64,000 nucleotides of DNA from Candidatus Nanohaloarchaea archaeon (GCA_041640035.1 JBEQBC010000002.1:32001-96000); one strand, 5' to 3'; numbered from the stretch's first letter, positions 19,591 through 29,196 are shown. Notes: generated by a model not told the origin, from the sequence alone. A program made the numbers and translations.

Positions 19591-19663
19591 GGGAGGTTCA
19601 GCACTTAATAGGACAAGCAAAGAGTCTCTGCTTGCGTTCCCGCAGGGCTCATCATCACCCCCC
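19591..19663 (-). ncRNA. Atypical box C/D guide RNA (predicted target tRNA-Leu)
   Basis: Minus strand: 7-bp terminal stem GGGGGGT/ACCTCCC, box C ATGATGA, box D CTGA, internal hairpin; G-U pairs work only on this strand; 13-nt guide antisense to tRNA-Leu 42125-42137. Confidence 0.75.
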
Positions 19664-19679
19664 TCTCTCAATTTTTCTA

Positions 19680-21311
19680 TTATTCGTAAAGTTTCTCTAC
19701 ATCCAGTTCAAGTCCGACAGCTTTCTGTTCAAGCTCCCAGTTATCAAGGACATCTTCATTGATCTCTCCCAGGTGTCCGATGGTTTCTCCATCTTTGATT
19801 ATTTCTGCTGCCCGGTCATGTGTGTAGTAAGGCATCTCGCTTTCATTTACTTTGAGATCGAATCCTGTGTCTCTTTCTATGACCTGTAGGACCTGTCGGA
19901 TATCTGTGAAGTCGACATCGGTACCTGAGATTACATAGGACATTTTCCGTACATTTCTGGCGCCGTTCTGTTCCGGATAGGCGACATCTTCGGCCTCGTA
20001 GAATCTCTGAGGATAGCTGTGCTGCCTGTTGTTCTTCAGGACCTCCATCATGGATGGAAGCATCTGGTTCCTGACAACTGTGTAGTCTTCTGTTAAAGCG
20101 TTGCTCATCTCGACTACATTCTGCTCAGCCGCGTTCATGTTGTGGAATAGTTTTTCTTTGCTGGATAGTGTGAATGTGTGTGCTTCCAGTGCTCCGGTTC
20201 CCTGTAGGATATCTCTGAGTTCTTCTGTATGCTCTTCTATACTTTTTTCATCTGCAGCCGTATCCAGTTCCGGCAGTTCCGGTTCTATATTGTGGTACCT
20301 GTGTGCGATGACGATGTCTTCGATCAGATCGTACTGATGCATTACATCTGTCCGATATGAAGGTATGCCGACCTTGATGCTGTTTTTCTTTTTCTTGGCT
20401 CTGAAACGCATCTGTTCCAGTCTTTCAGCGATCTCATCTTTAGATAAGTCGAGACCTGAGACTTCTCGGAAGTAATCTAGCTCCAGCTTCATCTCTTCTG
20501 GTTCCAGTAGAGGCATGTGATTGTTCTCGATCTCTACCGTTTCGATTCCTGCTCCTCTTTCGGCTAAAGCCGTGGTCAGGATGTTTACGACCTTGAGAAC
20601 TGTGTCTTTGTCCTTTCCTGTTACATCGATGAAGATATCTGTTGTTTCGGAGGTTACTTCTGTTAGCTGGTTGTTGATGATAGGTGGGAAGCTGAGGATC
20701 TGACCGTTGGAGTCCTCGATGATCGGGTACTGGTCTTCGTCTTCCAGTATCCAGGCGTATTCCTGTCCTTTGTCGTGTTCGTCTAGTATTTCCTCTAGAT
20801 GTACCTCTTCGCCGTATTCAAGAGGCGTAAAGCTTACCTGTTCTGGTGCTACTGCTTTGTAGGTGAAAGGCGGTTCTACTGAGTCCAGGTCGTGGAGTCC
20901 GATGGCTATCTTGTCTCTTCTCCTTCCTACTGTCTGATGTAGCTTTTCCTGTAGCTGGATCAGGCCGTTGATTATTCTTGGTGTTAGTTCGACATCTCTG
21001 ATTACTGCTCCGCCTATGTAAGGTCTTACAGTTTCTACTGATTCGTCTACATCCAGTCGGATGTTTCCTTTGGTGGTTTTGTAGTTTCTTACTCCTGTTT
21101 CAAGGTCGAAGAATCCTTTGTATGCTCTTGCCAATCCTTCAACACTTAGGAGGTCCGGGCGGTTGGGGTATGTTTCTACTTCCCATTTGTCGCCTTCTTC
21201 GTGGTTCCAGTGTGCTCCGAGGTATGATGCTTCTTCATGTAGTTTTTCTTCGCTGATTTCCTGTCCTAGTAGTTCTTCGAATTCTTTCTTGTTTATCTTT
21301 AGTGTCGGCAT
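19680..21311 (-). CDS. pheT: Phenylalanine--tRNA ligase beta subunit
   Basis: PNRPDLLSVEGLARA, QEKLH, SFPPIIN, YRTDVMHQYDLIED; ATG 21311 overlaps the pheS stop (TAATG). Confidence 0.96.
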   Translation of the reverse strand: MPTLKINKKEFEELLGQEISEEKLHEEASYLGAHWNHEEGDKWEVETYPNRPDLLSVEGLARAYKGFFDLETGVRNYKTTKGNIRLDVDESVETVRPYIGGAVIRDVELTPRIINGLIQLQEKLHQTVGRRRDKIAIGLHDLDSVEPPFTYKAVAPEQVSFTPLEYGEEVHLEEILDEHDKGQEYAWILEDEDQYPIIEDSNGQILSFPPIINNQLTEVTSETTDIFIDVTGKDKDTVLKVVNILTTALAERGAGIETVEIENNHMPLLEPEEMKLELDYFREVSGLDLSKDEIAERLEQMRFRAKKKKNSIKVGIPSYRTDVMHQYDLIEDIVIAHRYHNIEPELPELDTAADEKSIEEHTEELRDILQGTGALEAHTFTLSSKEKLFHNMNAAEQNVVEMSNALTEDYTVVRNQMLPSMMEVLKNNRQHSYPQRFYEAEDVAYPEQNGARNVRKMSYVISGTDVDFTDIRQVLQVIERDTGFDLKVNESEMPYYTHDRAAEIIKDGETIGHLGEINEDVLDNWELEQKAVGLELDVEKLYE

Positions 21312-22693
21312 TATTCTGGCCTCCATTTTGGTGTTGTTTCAAGGAGTTCTATGTCGTTTCTGTACAGTTCGCGGATATCCTCGATTCCTGCTGCTTTGGC
21401 TGCTATTCTTCCGACTCCTAGGCCCCAGGCGAGTACTCTGGCTTCGAATCCTAGCAGTGGTTTGACTACTTCTGGTCGGAACATTCCTGCTCCTCCGAGT
21501 CCTAGCCATTCCTCTTCTTCCTCATCGTATACCTGTACTTCTACGCTCATCTCAGTGTATGGGTAGTATGATGGTATTAGCCGGAATTCTTCGTATCCCA
21601 TTTTGTGGAAGAATTCGCTGATGTATCCTTTGAGGTTTGCGAAGCTGAGGTCTTTTCCTACTACGATTCCGTCGGTCTGGAAGAACTCTGGTAGGTGGAA
21701 CCGGTCTATCGTTTCATTTCGGAAGTTTCTGGATACTGTGAAGTATTTCTTTGGAAGGTCTTCTTCGTTTATTTCGGATAGTTTTCTTGCTGATACTGCT
21801 GTGGTATGTGTTCTGAGTACATTCTTGGCTGCTTCTTCTTCGCTCCAGTCGTAGCCCCATCCTGTGCTTCCTGTGGTCCAGCCGTCTTCATGTGTCTCTT
21901 TGATTCTCTGAGCTATCTTTTCTAAGTCGTTTAGGTCGGCTGTTTCAGGGTTTGAGAGGAAGAAGGTGTCATGCATTTCCCGCGCTGGGTGGTCCTGTGG
22001 CGTATATAGTGCGTCGAAGTTAAGCAGGCTGGAGACTACATATTCTCCCTGCATTTCCCGGAAGCCCATTTCCATCCAGTTTTTCCGGGCTTCGGTGATA
22101 ATTTCCTTGTAGAAGTGTTTTTTACCGGTTCTAGGTGTTTTGACTTCTGCTTCTACATTGAAGTCGACATCTACTTCTTCAGGATTTATTTCTTCTGTTT
22201 TTTCTGTCGGCTGTAGTGTTCTTATTATGTTTTCTACTGTCTCGATCAGGCCTCTTTCTTCGTGTTCTGAGGTGTAGTTTCCGTTTTCGAGTCTAAACTG
22301 TAGGTTGTCTTGGTCGGTGTTTTTGTGGCCTTCGTCGGTTATTGATACTTTTCCTGCACTTATTTCGATCCAGCCTTTTTCTCTGGCTTTTCCTAGTGCT
22401 ACATCCATTTCGTCGATATCTAGTTCTGAGACTTCGCTTGGTCCTTGTTCGACTTCTTCCAGTAATTGGTATTCAGGTGATCCCTGTTCAAGTACTTTCT
22501 CTCCTTTTTCTGTGAGTTCTTTGTGTATCTCTGTTTCTTCCTCAGTTTCCACTAGGTCTTTTTCTTCCAGTTCTATTGCTGCACGGTTGACCATGGACTG
22601 GTCGAATCCTTCTTTTTCCAGTTCTCTTACTGTGAGGTCTCCGTGTTTTTTCAGTTCCTTGAAGATATCCAGTGCCTGAGAGGTGAGTTTCAC
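21311..22693 (-). CDS. pheS: Phenylalanine--tRNA ligase alpha subunit
   Basis: NFDALYTPQDHPAREMHDTF, LRTHTT, FRNE, YYPYTE, GMFRPE, AWGLG motifs. Confidence 0.97.
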   Translation of the reverse strand: MKLTSQALDIFKELKKHGDLTVRELEKEGFDQSMVNRAAIELEEKDLVETEEETEIHKELTEKGEKVLEQGSPEYQLLEEVEQGPSEVSELDIDEMDVALGKAREKGWIEISAGKVSITDEGHKNTDQDNLQFRLENGNYTSEHEERGLIETVENIIRTLQPTEKTEEINPEEVDVDFNVEAEVKTPRTGKKHFYKEIITEARKNWMEMGFREMQGEYVVSSLLNFDALYTPQDHPAREMHDTFFLSNPETADLNDLEKIAQRIKETHEDGWTTGSTGWGYDWSEEEAAKNVLRTHTTAVSARKLSEINEEDLPKKYFTVSRNFRNETIDRFHLPEFFQTDGIVVGKDLSFANLKGYISEFFHKMGYEEFRLIPSYYPYTEMSVEVQVYDEEEEEWLGLGGAGMFRPEVVKPLLGFEARVLAWGLGVGRIAAKAAGIEDIRELYRNDIELLETTPKWRPE

Positions 22694-22806
22694 AAGTCAC
22701 TGTATGGGTCTAGAAATTTTTAAACATGAATAAGTCGGCTACGAAGGTTTACCGATTAAATTAACAGAAAGAGAAGGATATGTGCTTGATGAGAAATAAT
22801 GGGGTT

Positions 22807-23172
22807 CTAAAGTACTCTTTTGATCTTGTCTGTTGCTTTCTCCATTTCTACTTTGACTAGTCCCATGTTGACATCGTCGTCTGTCAGGATTGCGAGAATT
22901 CCTTCGTCTCCGGCTCCTGTAGCGACCAATTTACCATTTTCTGCCTCAATAGTAACTGCCTCAACATTACCCATTTCAAGTGAGTCACTAGCCGTTTCTC
23001 CGGAACCTACTGTGGAAGCTGTCATAGCTCCGACCTGATCGTCGTTGATGTCTGAACTTAGATTTGATGCTATGAGGAGTCCGTCTCTTCGGACCACTGC
23101 TGCTCCTTTTACGCTTTGTACATCGTCCAGATCGTCGAGCGGTTCCTGGAGTTTTTCTTCTTTACTTGCCAT
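22807..23172 (-). CDS. Roadblock/LC7 domain protein (MglB-like)
   Basis: VKGAAVVRRDGLLIAS, GAMTAS, NMGLV pattern; 121 aa. Confidence 0.9.
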   Translation of the reverse strand: MASKEEKLQEPLDDLDDVQSVKGAAVVRRDGLLIASNLSSDINDDQVGAMTASTVGSGETASDSLEMGNVEAVTIEAENGKLVATGAGDEGILAILTDDDVNMGLVKVEMEKATDKIKRVL

Positions 23173-23233
23173 CCTTATACACCATTATACCTCTTGAGTA
23201 TTTTTAAATTGTTTTGATTTACTCCCGCTTACC

Positions 23234-24397
23234 TTAAGCATAGTACCAGGAGTGTTGATCCATGATTTTGTTCATAAGTCTTTCAAGCGACTCATCCAGA
23301 TTATCACCGTTCTTGGCGTCGATTCCCATCGTCTCAATTCCTGTCTCCTCTTCAATTTCCTCAGGATCTAATGCCTCGTCCTTGTTCTGGAAGTTCGCAA
23401 GTATGATAAACGGAAGTTCCTCAGCAGTCAAGTCCTGCTTAAGTTCTTCGACTCTTTCGTAGTTAGGATCTCTTGAGTCGACTACTATGAAGCATCCGAA
23501 CATTGACTGTCCTAGGAAGTCCAGAGCCCAGTCAAACCGTTTCTGACCTGGTGTTCCAAACAGTTCAGCCTTCAATCCTTTCTTCTCTACCTGTCCATGG
23601 TCCAAGGCAACTGTTGTACCAAGCCTGTCGACCGAAACTGATTCCGCGGACATATTCTGTACGGTTGTTGACTTTCCTGCGTCGTAAGGTCCGGTTACCA
23701 GTAGTTTTGGTACATACATGACCAGTCCTCTCGGTGTGATGTCGAAAGGTACTCTGGTTTCCACATCCGGTTTCCTGATTTCGATGAATTTCAGGATGAT
23801 TCCGGATCTTTCTAGACCTTTTAGATGTATTACATAGTCAAATATTTCTTCAAGTTCTTCTAGTTCTTCCCCCTCATCTTCAAATCCGAGGTTTGGCAGT
23901 AGGAAGTAGTTTACTGTGCTGGTTCGTCCTGCTACAGGCCGCAGTGATTCTGCAAAGTCCTGCATCTCGCCCCACTGTCCTACGAATGCGTCCAGTGAGT
24001 CTAATACAAATGTTGATCCCCAGCTTTCCATTTCCTCCATTGCATCGATTGATACTTCCTTGGATTCTTCAATATAGTCTTTTCTATCTGCCTTGAGATT
24101 GGTATCGATATTAAACTTCTCGTTGGACTCCTTTCCTAGAGTGGATGAGAAGCCATCGATGATAGCAAAGTTATCGCTTTCTGGGTTGTCTACTCTTTCC
24201 TTAACATATTGAGGCATCTTGTTGTTGATGAAGTAGATTACATTATCTTCCTGCTCCATCCTGTAATTTACTAGCGCTGAAGCAAATTTTGACTTGTCTA
24301 CTGCTAGATCAGCGAGGAAAAGAACATTTGATCCGTCTTCTACTCCTCCATCTAATGCCTCATTCAATCGATCCAGAGGAAGTTCAATCTTGGACAT
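23234..24397 (-). CDS. Fusion of inactivated RecA/KaiC-like domain and MglA-like small GTPase
   Basis: N-terminal LNEALDGG...FVLDSL...FDYVIHL with degenerate Walker A; C-terminal GPYDAGKST, TTVALDHG, LFGTPGQKRF. Confidence 0.85.
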   Translation of the reverse strand: MSKIELPLDRLNEALDGGVEDGSNVLFLADLAVDKSKFASALVNYRMEQEDNVIYFINNKMPQYVKERVDNPESDNFAIIDGFSSTLGKESNEKFNIDTNLKADRKDYIEESKEVSIDAMEEMESWGSTFVLDSLDAFVGQWGEMQDFAESLRPVAGRTSTVNYFLLPNLGFEDEGEELEELEEIFDYVIHLKGLERSGIILKFIEIRKPDVETRVPFDITPRGLVMYVPKLLVTGPYDAGKSTTVQNMSAESVSVDRLGTTVALDHGQVEKKGLKAELFGTPGQKRFDWALDFLGQSMFGCFIVVDSRDPNYERVEELKQDLTAEELPFIILANFQNKDEALDPEEIEEETGIETMGIDAKNGDNLDESLERLMNKIMDQHSWYYA

Positions 24398-24513
24398 ATG
24401 AATGCTTATGTTTTACTTGTTTATAAAACTAGTTTGAGATGTTAAGGACCGGTAAATCTGGTTTTAGAGCTACTGCTAACCGATACAGATAAGAGAAAAA
24501 TATGCTGTTTGAT

Positions 24514-25212
24514 CTAGTCCTCTACTGATATCTTGCCTTCATCCTGGTCAACCTTCATTGTCTTCCAGTCCCTGGTGTGATCAGTCTTATCCATCCTTGA
24601 AACAGATAGCTTCTTGTCATCCCCATCAAGTTTCAGTTTGATAACTCCATCCGCTACATGGTTAATGGTTGAAAGTGTCTGTTCATCATGCGTACTTTGC
24701 TCGATAGTGATGAAGAGTGCTCCACCGGAAGATGAGCTCTTTGCTCCGATAACCTGGAGAAGCTTAACCGTTGATTGGGAATCTGTATACAGTAGAAGTG
24801 TTGAAGCAGAGTTAACAACCACTCTCTTCTTTTCATCACCTAAAGCATTCATAGCGTCAGTAAAGGTCATGTTCATCTGGTTCATATCGGATAGACCGTC
24901 AAGTGCGTACATTGAGTCCGATCCTCCTGCCTGCCAGGAATAGCCATCGATGAACACCAGTTGATCGTCCTTGTAGCCTTCGAAATCCCAGCCGTAGTAG
25001 TCAGCGTCATCTATGACTTCGTCTGGAGATCCGTCAAGTGTGAGGTATAATCCTTCTTCACCGTCGTCTAATCCCTGCTGCATTATTTTGTTTACGAGAG
25101 GGTCTTTACCTGTTCCTTTGTCCCCCATTATGATTACTGTGGAGTTTGCAGGTACTCCTCCTTCAAGCATATCGTCTAATTTGTCTATTCCGGTGCTTAA
25201 TCTATCTGGCAT
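24514..25212 (-). CDS. Single-domain KaiC/RAD55-like ATPase
   Basis: STGIDKLDDMLEGGVP, Walker A GDKGTGKD, Walker B position VVVNS, ADGVI. Confidence 0.88.
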   Translation of the reverse strand: MPDRLSTGIDKLDDMLEGGVPANSTVIIMGDKGTGKDPLVNKIMQQGLDDGEEGLYLTLDGSPDEVIDDADYYGWDFEGYKDDQLVFIDGYSWQAGGSDSMYALDGLSDMNQMNMTFTDAMNALGDEKKRVVVNSASTLLLYTDSQSTVKLLQVIGAKSSSSGGALFITIEQSTHDEQTLSTINHVADGVIKLKLDGDDKKLSVSRMDKTDHTRDWKTMKVDQDEGKISVED

Positions 25213-25375
25213 TAATCAATTAACCTCCTGTAAAGATTGGTACTGACCTGTATAATTATTGTTGAAGACATCTGTTTATAATATTCTCTCCAACCCCCCC
25301 CCAGTCCCGGCCTACTCAAAGGTACGGATTCTGATCCGGCTAACTTTAATAGTAGAAGTACCCTAATGATTAACT

Positions 25376-26101
25376 ATGCCAGAGGTTGAAAGAGCCAAGA
25401 CAGGAGTGAACGGACTGGACCAGCTTCTAAACGGCGGTATCCCAAGAGGACATATCGTACTTGTCAGCGGGACCTCTGGAAGCGGTAAAACAACTCTAAC
25501 AACAGAGTACCTTTACAACGGCGCCAAAGATAACGACGAAACCGGTGTCTACTTCTCTATATCAGAGCCTATCGAAGAGATTAAGGAGACAAGCAAGGTC
25601 TTCGGAATGGATTTCGATGACGACGAAATAAAGGACAATGTTCACTTCGAGGAGGTAAGCAACCTTATGAAATCAGGTTCAGGAGGAGAGGTATTCGAAC
25701 CAGAAAGATTCATGGAGAAACTGAAGAGAAAGGTAGAGGAAGTCGACGCCGACAGGCTTGTACTGGACTCTATCACAAAGTTTGCGATGGTGTTCGACAA
25801 CTCGCCGGTAAGAAGAGAATATGTTAACGAATTAGCGGATTTCCTCCGTGACCATGATGTCACCGCGTGCCTTCTCTCAGAAGTTCCATACAGTCAGCAA
25901 AGCCAGCAGGTCAGCCGTTATCAGATTATTGAGTTCGTGGTTGACGGAGTGATAATGCTGGGATATGAAAGAGTAGAGTCTTCAAGAACCCGTACTATCG
26001 AAGTTTTCAAGATGCGTAGAACAGACCACTCATCGGATATTCACCCGTTGCGTATCACGGATAACGGTATGATGACCTATCCGAACCAGACAGCTTTCTA
26101 G
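25376..26101 (+). CDS. Single-domain KaiC-like ATPase
   Basis: TGVNGLDQLLNGGIP, GTSGSGKT, RLVLDS, EFVVDGVI, KMRRT. Confidence 0.9.
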   Translation: MPEVERAKTGVNGLDQLLNGGIPRGHIVLVSGTSGSGKTTLTTEYLYNGAKDNDETGVYFSISEPIEEIKETSKVFGMDFDDDEIKDNVHFEEVSNLMKSGSGGEVFEPERFMEKLKRKVEEVDADRLVLDSITKFAMVFDNSPVRREYVNELADFLRDHDVTACLLSEVPYSQQSQQVSRYQIIEFVVDGVIMLGYERVESSRTRTIEVFKMRRTDHSSDIHPLRITDNGMMTYPNQTAF

Positions 26102-26883
26102 AGATCTCCAAGAGTGTAGAGCTTGTAGCCTATTACCCCGGTTACGAACAGACTTGCCAGAAACGCAAGCAGGTAACCTGTTTCGAGGAAAGCTCCGTTT
26201 ATCACCAGAGAAACTCCAAGTAACAGTAGAAGACCGTAGTCCTGCCATGTATCAAAGTCAAAATGTTCTCTATAAACTGCCGCGGAGACAAGTGAACCGG
26301 TTATACCAGCTAGGATAAACCCGGACATCTCCAGAGTCGCGTGAGGTATGTATAGAACTGGACTGACATACTCTTCTGTACCTTTCAGCGATATCAAGTG
26401 GGAGAAAAAGGCTCCAAGAACTGAAGCGTTCCATGTAAGTATGAAAGCACCTGCTGAACCAATCACAGCAGAAGCAATGAAGATTACAGCATATACACTC
26501 AGGTTATTGACCAATATCTCCGCGAAAAGGGAGTTCAGACTGATGAAGTTGCCTGTCACACCTATAATATTCATCTGTGCTGCAAAGCTTCCTTCAGTGG
26601 CCAAAGCCATTATTAGGAACGCTGAGGCCTGACCAGCGAAAAGAGAGAAATAGCTGAGTATCTCAGACCGATGTGGTCTGCTCTGATTTTCATCCTCCAG
26701 AAACTTCTGGGTCAAGGGATATACTAGAGGTATCGCAGCGAATACAACTGTCAAAACAGATATCCTTGATGGAAAAGCATAGCTTGCGACGATAAAGCCG
26801 GCGAACGCTGTTATTAAACCGGTTAGGTAGAGGAGATCGTATCTTCTGAGATTCTCCTCCTTGAGTATGAACTCCGGTAACAT
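26098..26883 (-). CDS. SpoIIM-like integral membrane protein
   Basis: ILVNNL..., WNASVLG, PHATLE motifs; multiple TM helices. Confidence 0.8.
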   Translation of the reverse strand: MLPEFILKEENLRRYDLLYLTGLITAFAGFIVASYAFPSRISVLTVVFAAIPLVYPLTQKFLEDENQSRPHRSEILSYFSLFAGQASAFLIMALATEGSFAAQMNIIGVTGNFISLNSLFAEILVNNLSVYAVIFIASAVIGSAGAFILTWNASVLGAFFSHLISLKGTEEYVSPVLYIPHATLEMSGFILAGITGSLVSAAVYREHFDFDTWQDYGLLLLLGVSLVINGAFLETGYLLAFLASLFVTGVIGYKLYTLGDL

Positions 26884-26932
26884 TACAGGAATTAAATGAA
26901 GAAAGATTGTTTAAACCGGTTTTCCACAGATC

Positions 26933-28087
26933 CTACCGCTTCAGATCCAGATCAATATTTCTCTCCCACATCTCCTCGGCGAGATCTCCATCGTACATCA
27001 TCTGCTGAACCAATTCATCTGCGTTCTCCTTCCGCTCCTGATGCTCCTGCAAGAACTCATTCAGCTCCTCAATCAGAATCTCTTTAATCTCTCCAGTCAT
27101 CATCTCCCCGGAAGAATAGTTTTCAGCGATCTCACGGATCCGTTCATCGTCCTCCATCAAAAGATTGCGGAGCCACTGGAACGAGGTATCCACGGAAAGA
27201 TCAGCTCCTTCCTCACGGTGCTCCTCCAGTGTATCACCGCCTCCGGAGTAAGCGTGCTTCTTCACCTTCTCCTCAACCTCTTCAGGACTGTCGTCCAGCA
27301 TGATTGCTGTCTTTGGCTTGCTTGAGCTCATCTTCCCTTCAGGTCCGGTGAGTGCCGGGATGAACTTGGAGTGGATGGCTGCCGTCTTCTTGTGACCGAA
27401 TTTTTCTGCTATATCTCTCTGAATCCTCCAGTACGGATCCTGGTCGATCGCGGCCGGGATGACGCATCTCTTGTTTTCGAAGAATGTTGGTATGTTCTGT
27501 ATTGCTGGCCAGAAGTTCATTCCGATGTTGGTTGAGCCTTCAAATCCGAACACGCTTTGTGCCTGTGAGTTGTTTATTTTTTCAGCGATCTTGACGATTC
27601 CGTCGTACATGTTACCCATGTATTCACGATTCCGGAAGATGAATGTCTTGTCCGGGTCGAAGCCTACTGCTGCGATCTCTCGTATATTGTCTTCTGCATA
27701 TTTGTCGATTTCTTCGTCTGTTACATCTCTGTCCCAGTATTTTTCGTCGTCTGTGACCTGTATGTATACATTTACATCGAACTTGTCCTGCAGCCATTTT
27801 GTAAAGTAGAATGAGATGATGTGGCCGATATGCATCTTTCCTGAGGGGCCGATACCTGTGTATAGGAAGAATCCGTCACCTTCCTCGTATTCGTCCAGTG
27901 CTTCGTCGAGGCCTCTGTGTGAGTAGACGAAATCTCTTTTTACATACAGATTCTGGTCGTCTGCCAGGTCGAACAGTCTCTGTTTGAGTTCTTCATCTAT
28001 TTCGCTGGTTCCGAACTTGTCTACCAGTCTATCGTAGTTTACTGTTCCTTCTACATCGAAGGGCGTTACATCGAATTCATCTGTCAT
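26933..28087 (-). CDS. trpS: Tryptophan--tRNA ligase
   Basis: LYTGIGPS..MHIGH, IDQDPYWR, KMSSS, AYSGG. Confidence 0.96.
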   Translation of the reverse strand: MTDEFDVTPFDVEGTVNYDRLVDKFGTSEIDEELKQRLFDLADDQNLYVKRDFVYSHRGLDEALDEYEEGDGFFLYTGIGPSGKMHIGHIISFYFTKWLQDKFDVNVYIQVTDDEKYWDRDVTDEEIDKYAEDNIREIAAVGFDPDKTFIFRNREYMGNMYDGIVKIAEKINNSQAQSVFGFEGSTNIGMNFWPAIQNIPTFFENKRCVIPAAIDQDPYWRIQRDIAEKFGHKKTAAIHSKFIPALTGPEGKMSSSKPKTAIMLDDSPEEVEEKVKKHAYSGGGDTLEEHREEGADLSVDTSFQWLRNLLMEDDERIREIAENYSSGEMMTGEIKEILIEELNEFLQEHQERKENADELVQQMMYDGDLAEEMWERNIDLDLKR

Positions 28088-29196
28088 TGTATTTTCGAGG
28101 CCTCTAAACAGGTTTTCTTCTCTGTAAATTTTTCAAGCTTCGCTCTATCCACCTCGGAATAAAGACCTGATCCACAAGGTACATCTATGGACCCGTCTTC
28201 CATAGTGATTTCATCCTGCAGAATACCTTGTTCAAAGTATCTCTGTGTCGGCGCCAAGTCGCTCACCATGTTGACCTGAGGCATCGATGCAGCAGCTAGT
28301 GCATAACTCATTCCTATGCCGGATTCCACCACGCTTCCAACCCATAGATCGAGACCCTGTTTTTCACAGATTTTAGCTATCTCTCGTGATTCTTTCAGAC
28401 CGCCAACCCTCTGAGGCTTCAGGTTTATGATTTCGCATGCACCAATTTCCACGGCTTTCCGGGCTTCCTCCGCGTTTCGGATTGACTCGTCTAGACAGAT
28501 CGGTGTCTCCAGTTTGTCTGCAAGTTTTGAGTGGTTGATAAGATCCCTGTGGTGTAGTGGCTGTTCTATCATCTTGATATCGAATCTGTCCAGTTTTTCC
28601 AGCCGATCGAAGTCTTCAATGCTGTATGCCGCGTTTGCGTCGGCAGAGATAACCAGGCCTGTGAATTCTTTTCTCAGGGCTTTAATGTACTCTAGGTCTT
28701 TACCTGGTTTTATCTTGACCTTGATCCTCTGGAAGCCCTGATTTACCCTATCTTCAGCTTCTTGGACTAGATTTCCTGGTGTTTCCTGTATACCTATACT
28801 TGCACCGCACTCAATACTCTGCTTTGAACCATCCACTAAGTCAGAAAGAGATCTATTTTCCATGAAAGATTTTCTGTGGTGTAGCAAGAACTCTCCGGCA
28901 GCTTTCGCCATCTCATTCCCTTTATATTTCTTCACCGCATCTCTGTAATCTTCTATAGTTTCAGATCGGGCTACCTCGGGAACTATAAACCTTTCTATGT
29001 TTCTGTAGGTGTTTTCTGTTGTTTCATGGCTGTAGAAAGGTGCGAACTGTGGGGAAGCCTCTCCGCAGAATCTTTTTCCGTCTTTCTGTGCTTCCAGTAT
29101 TACTAGGTTTCTGTTTTCCACGGTTCCCGAGCTGATTTCGAACGGTTCTTTCAGCGGGATCTTGATCTTGCGTATGGTGAAGGAGTCAAAATTCAT
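28084..29196 (-). CDS. menC: Enolase-superfamily o-succinylbenzoate synthase / N-succinylamino acid racemase (NSAR/OSBS)
   Basis: RIKVKIKPGKD, DANAAY, MIEQPL, ICLDESI, INLKPQRVGG, ESGIG. Confidence 0.85.
   Translation of the reverse strand: MNFDSFTIRKIKIPLKEPFEISSGTVENRNLVILEAQKDGKRFCGEASPQFAPFYSHETTENTYRNIERFIVPEVARSETIEDYRDAVKKYKGNEMAKAAGEFLLHHRKSFMENRSLSDLVDGSKQSIECGASIGIQETPGNLVQEAEDRVNQGFQRIKVKIKPGKDLEYIKALRKEFTGLVISADANAAYSIEDFDRLEKLDRFDIKMIEQPLHHRDLINHSKLADKLETPICLDESIRNAEEARKAVEIGACEIINLKPQRVGGLKESREIAKICEKQGLDLWVGSVVESGIGMSYALAAASMPQVNMVSDLAPTQRYFEQGILQDEITMEDGSIDVPCGSGLYSEVDRAKLEKFTEKKTCLEASKIQ

Noticed and set aside
19632-19889. 85-aa ORF, and a hammerhead or fluoride riboswitch reading of the TGATGA element
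   Set aside because: The ORF is antisense to pheT; the element lacks the hammerhead GAAA core and the riboswitch pseudoknot, and C/D geometry fits better
25294-25302. C9 homopolymer between the divergent KaiC-like genes as a phase-variation tract
   Set aside because: A single sequence gives no evidence of length variation
24514-26101. Circadian clock (kaiABC) or RadA/RadB interpretation
   Set aside because: Single-domain proteins, no KaiA or KaiB nearby, and no RadA N-terminal domain
28084-29196. Menaquinone biosynthesis locus
   Set aside because: No other men genes in the window; GNAT and M20 neighbours favour the racemase pathway
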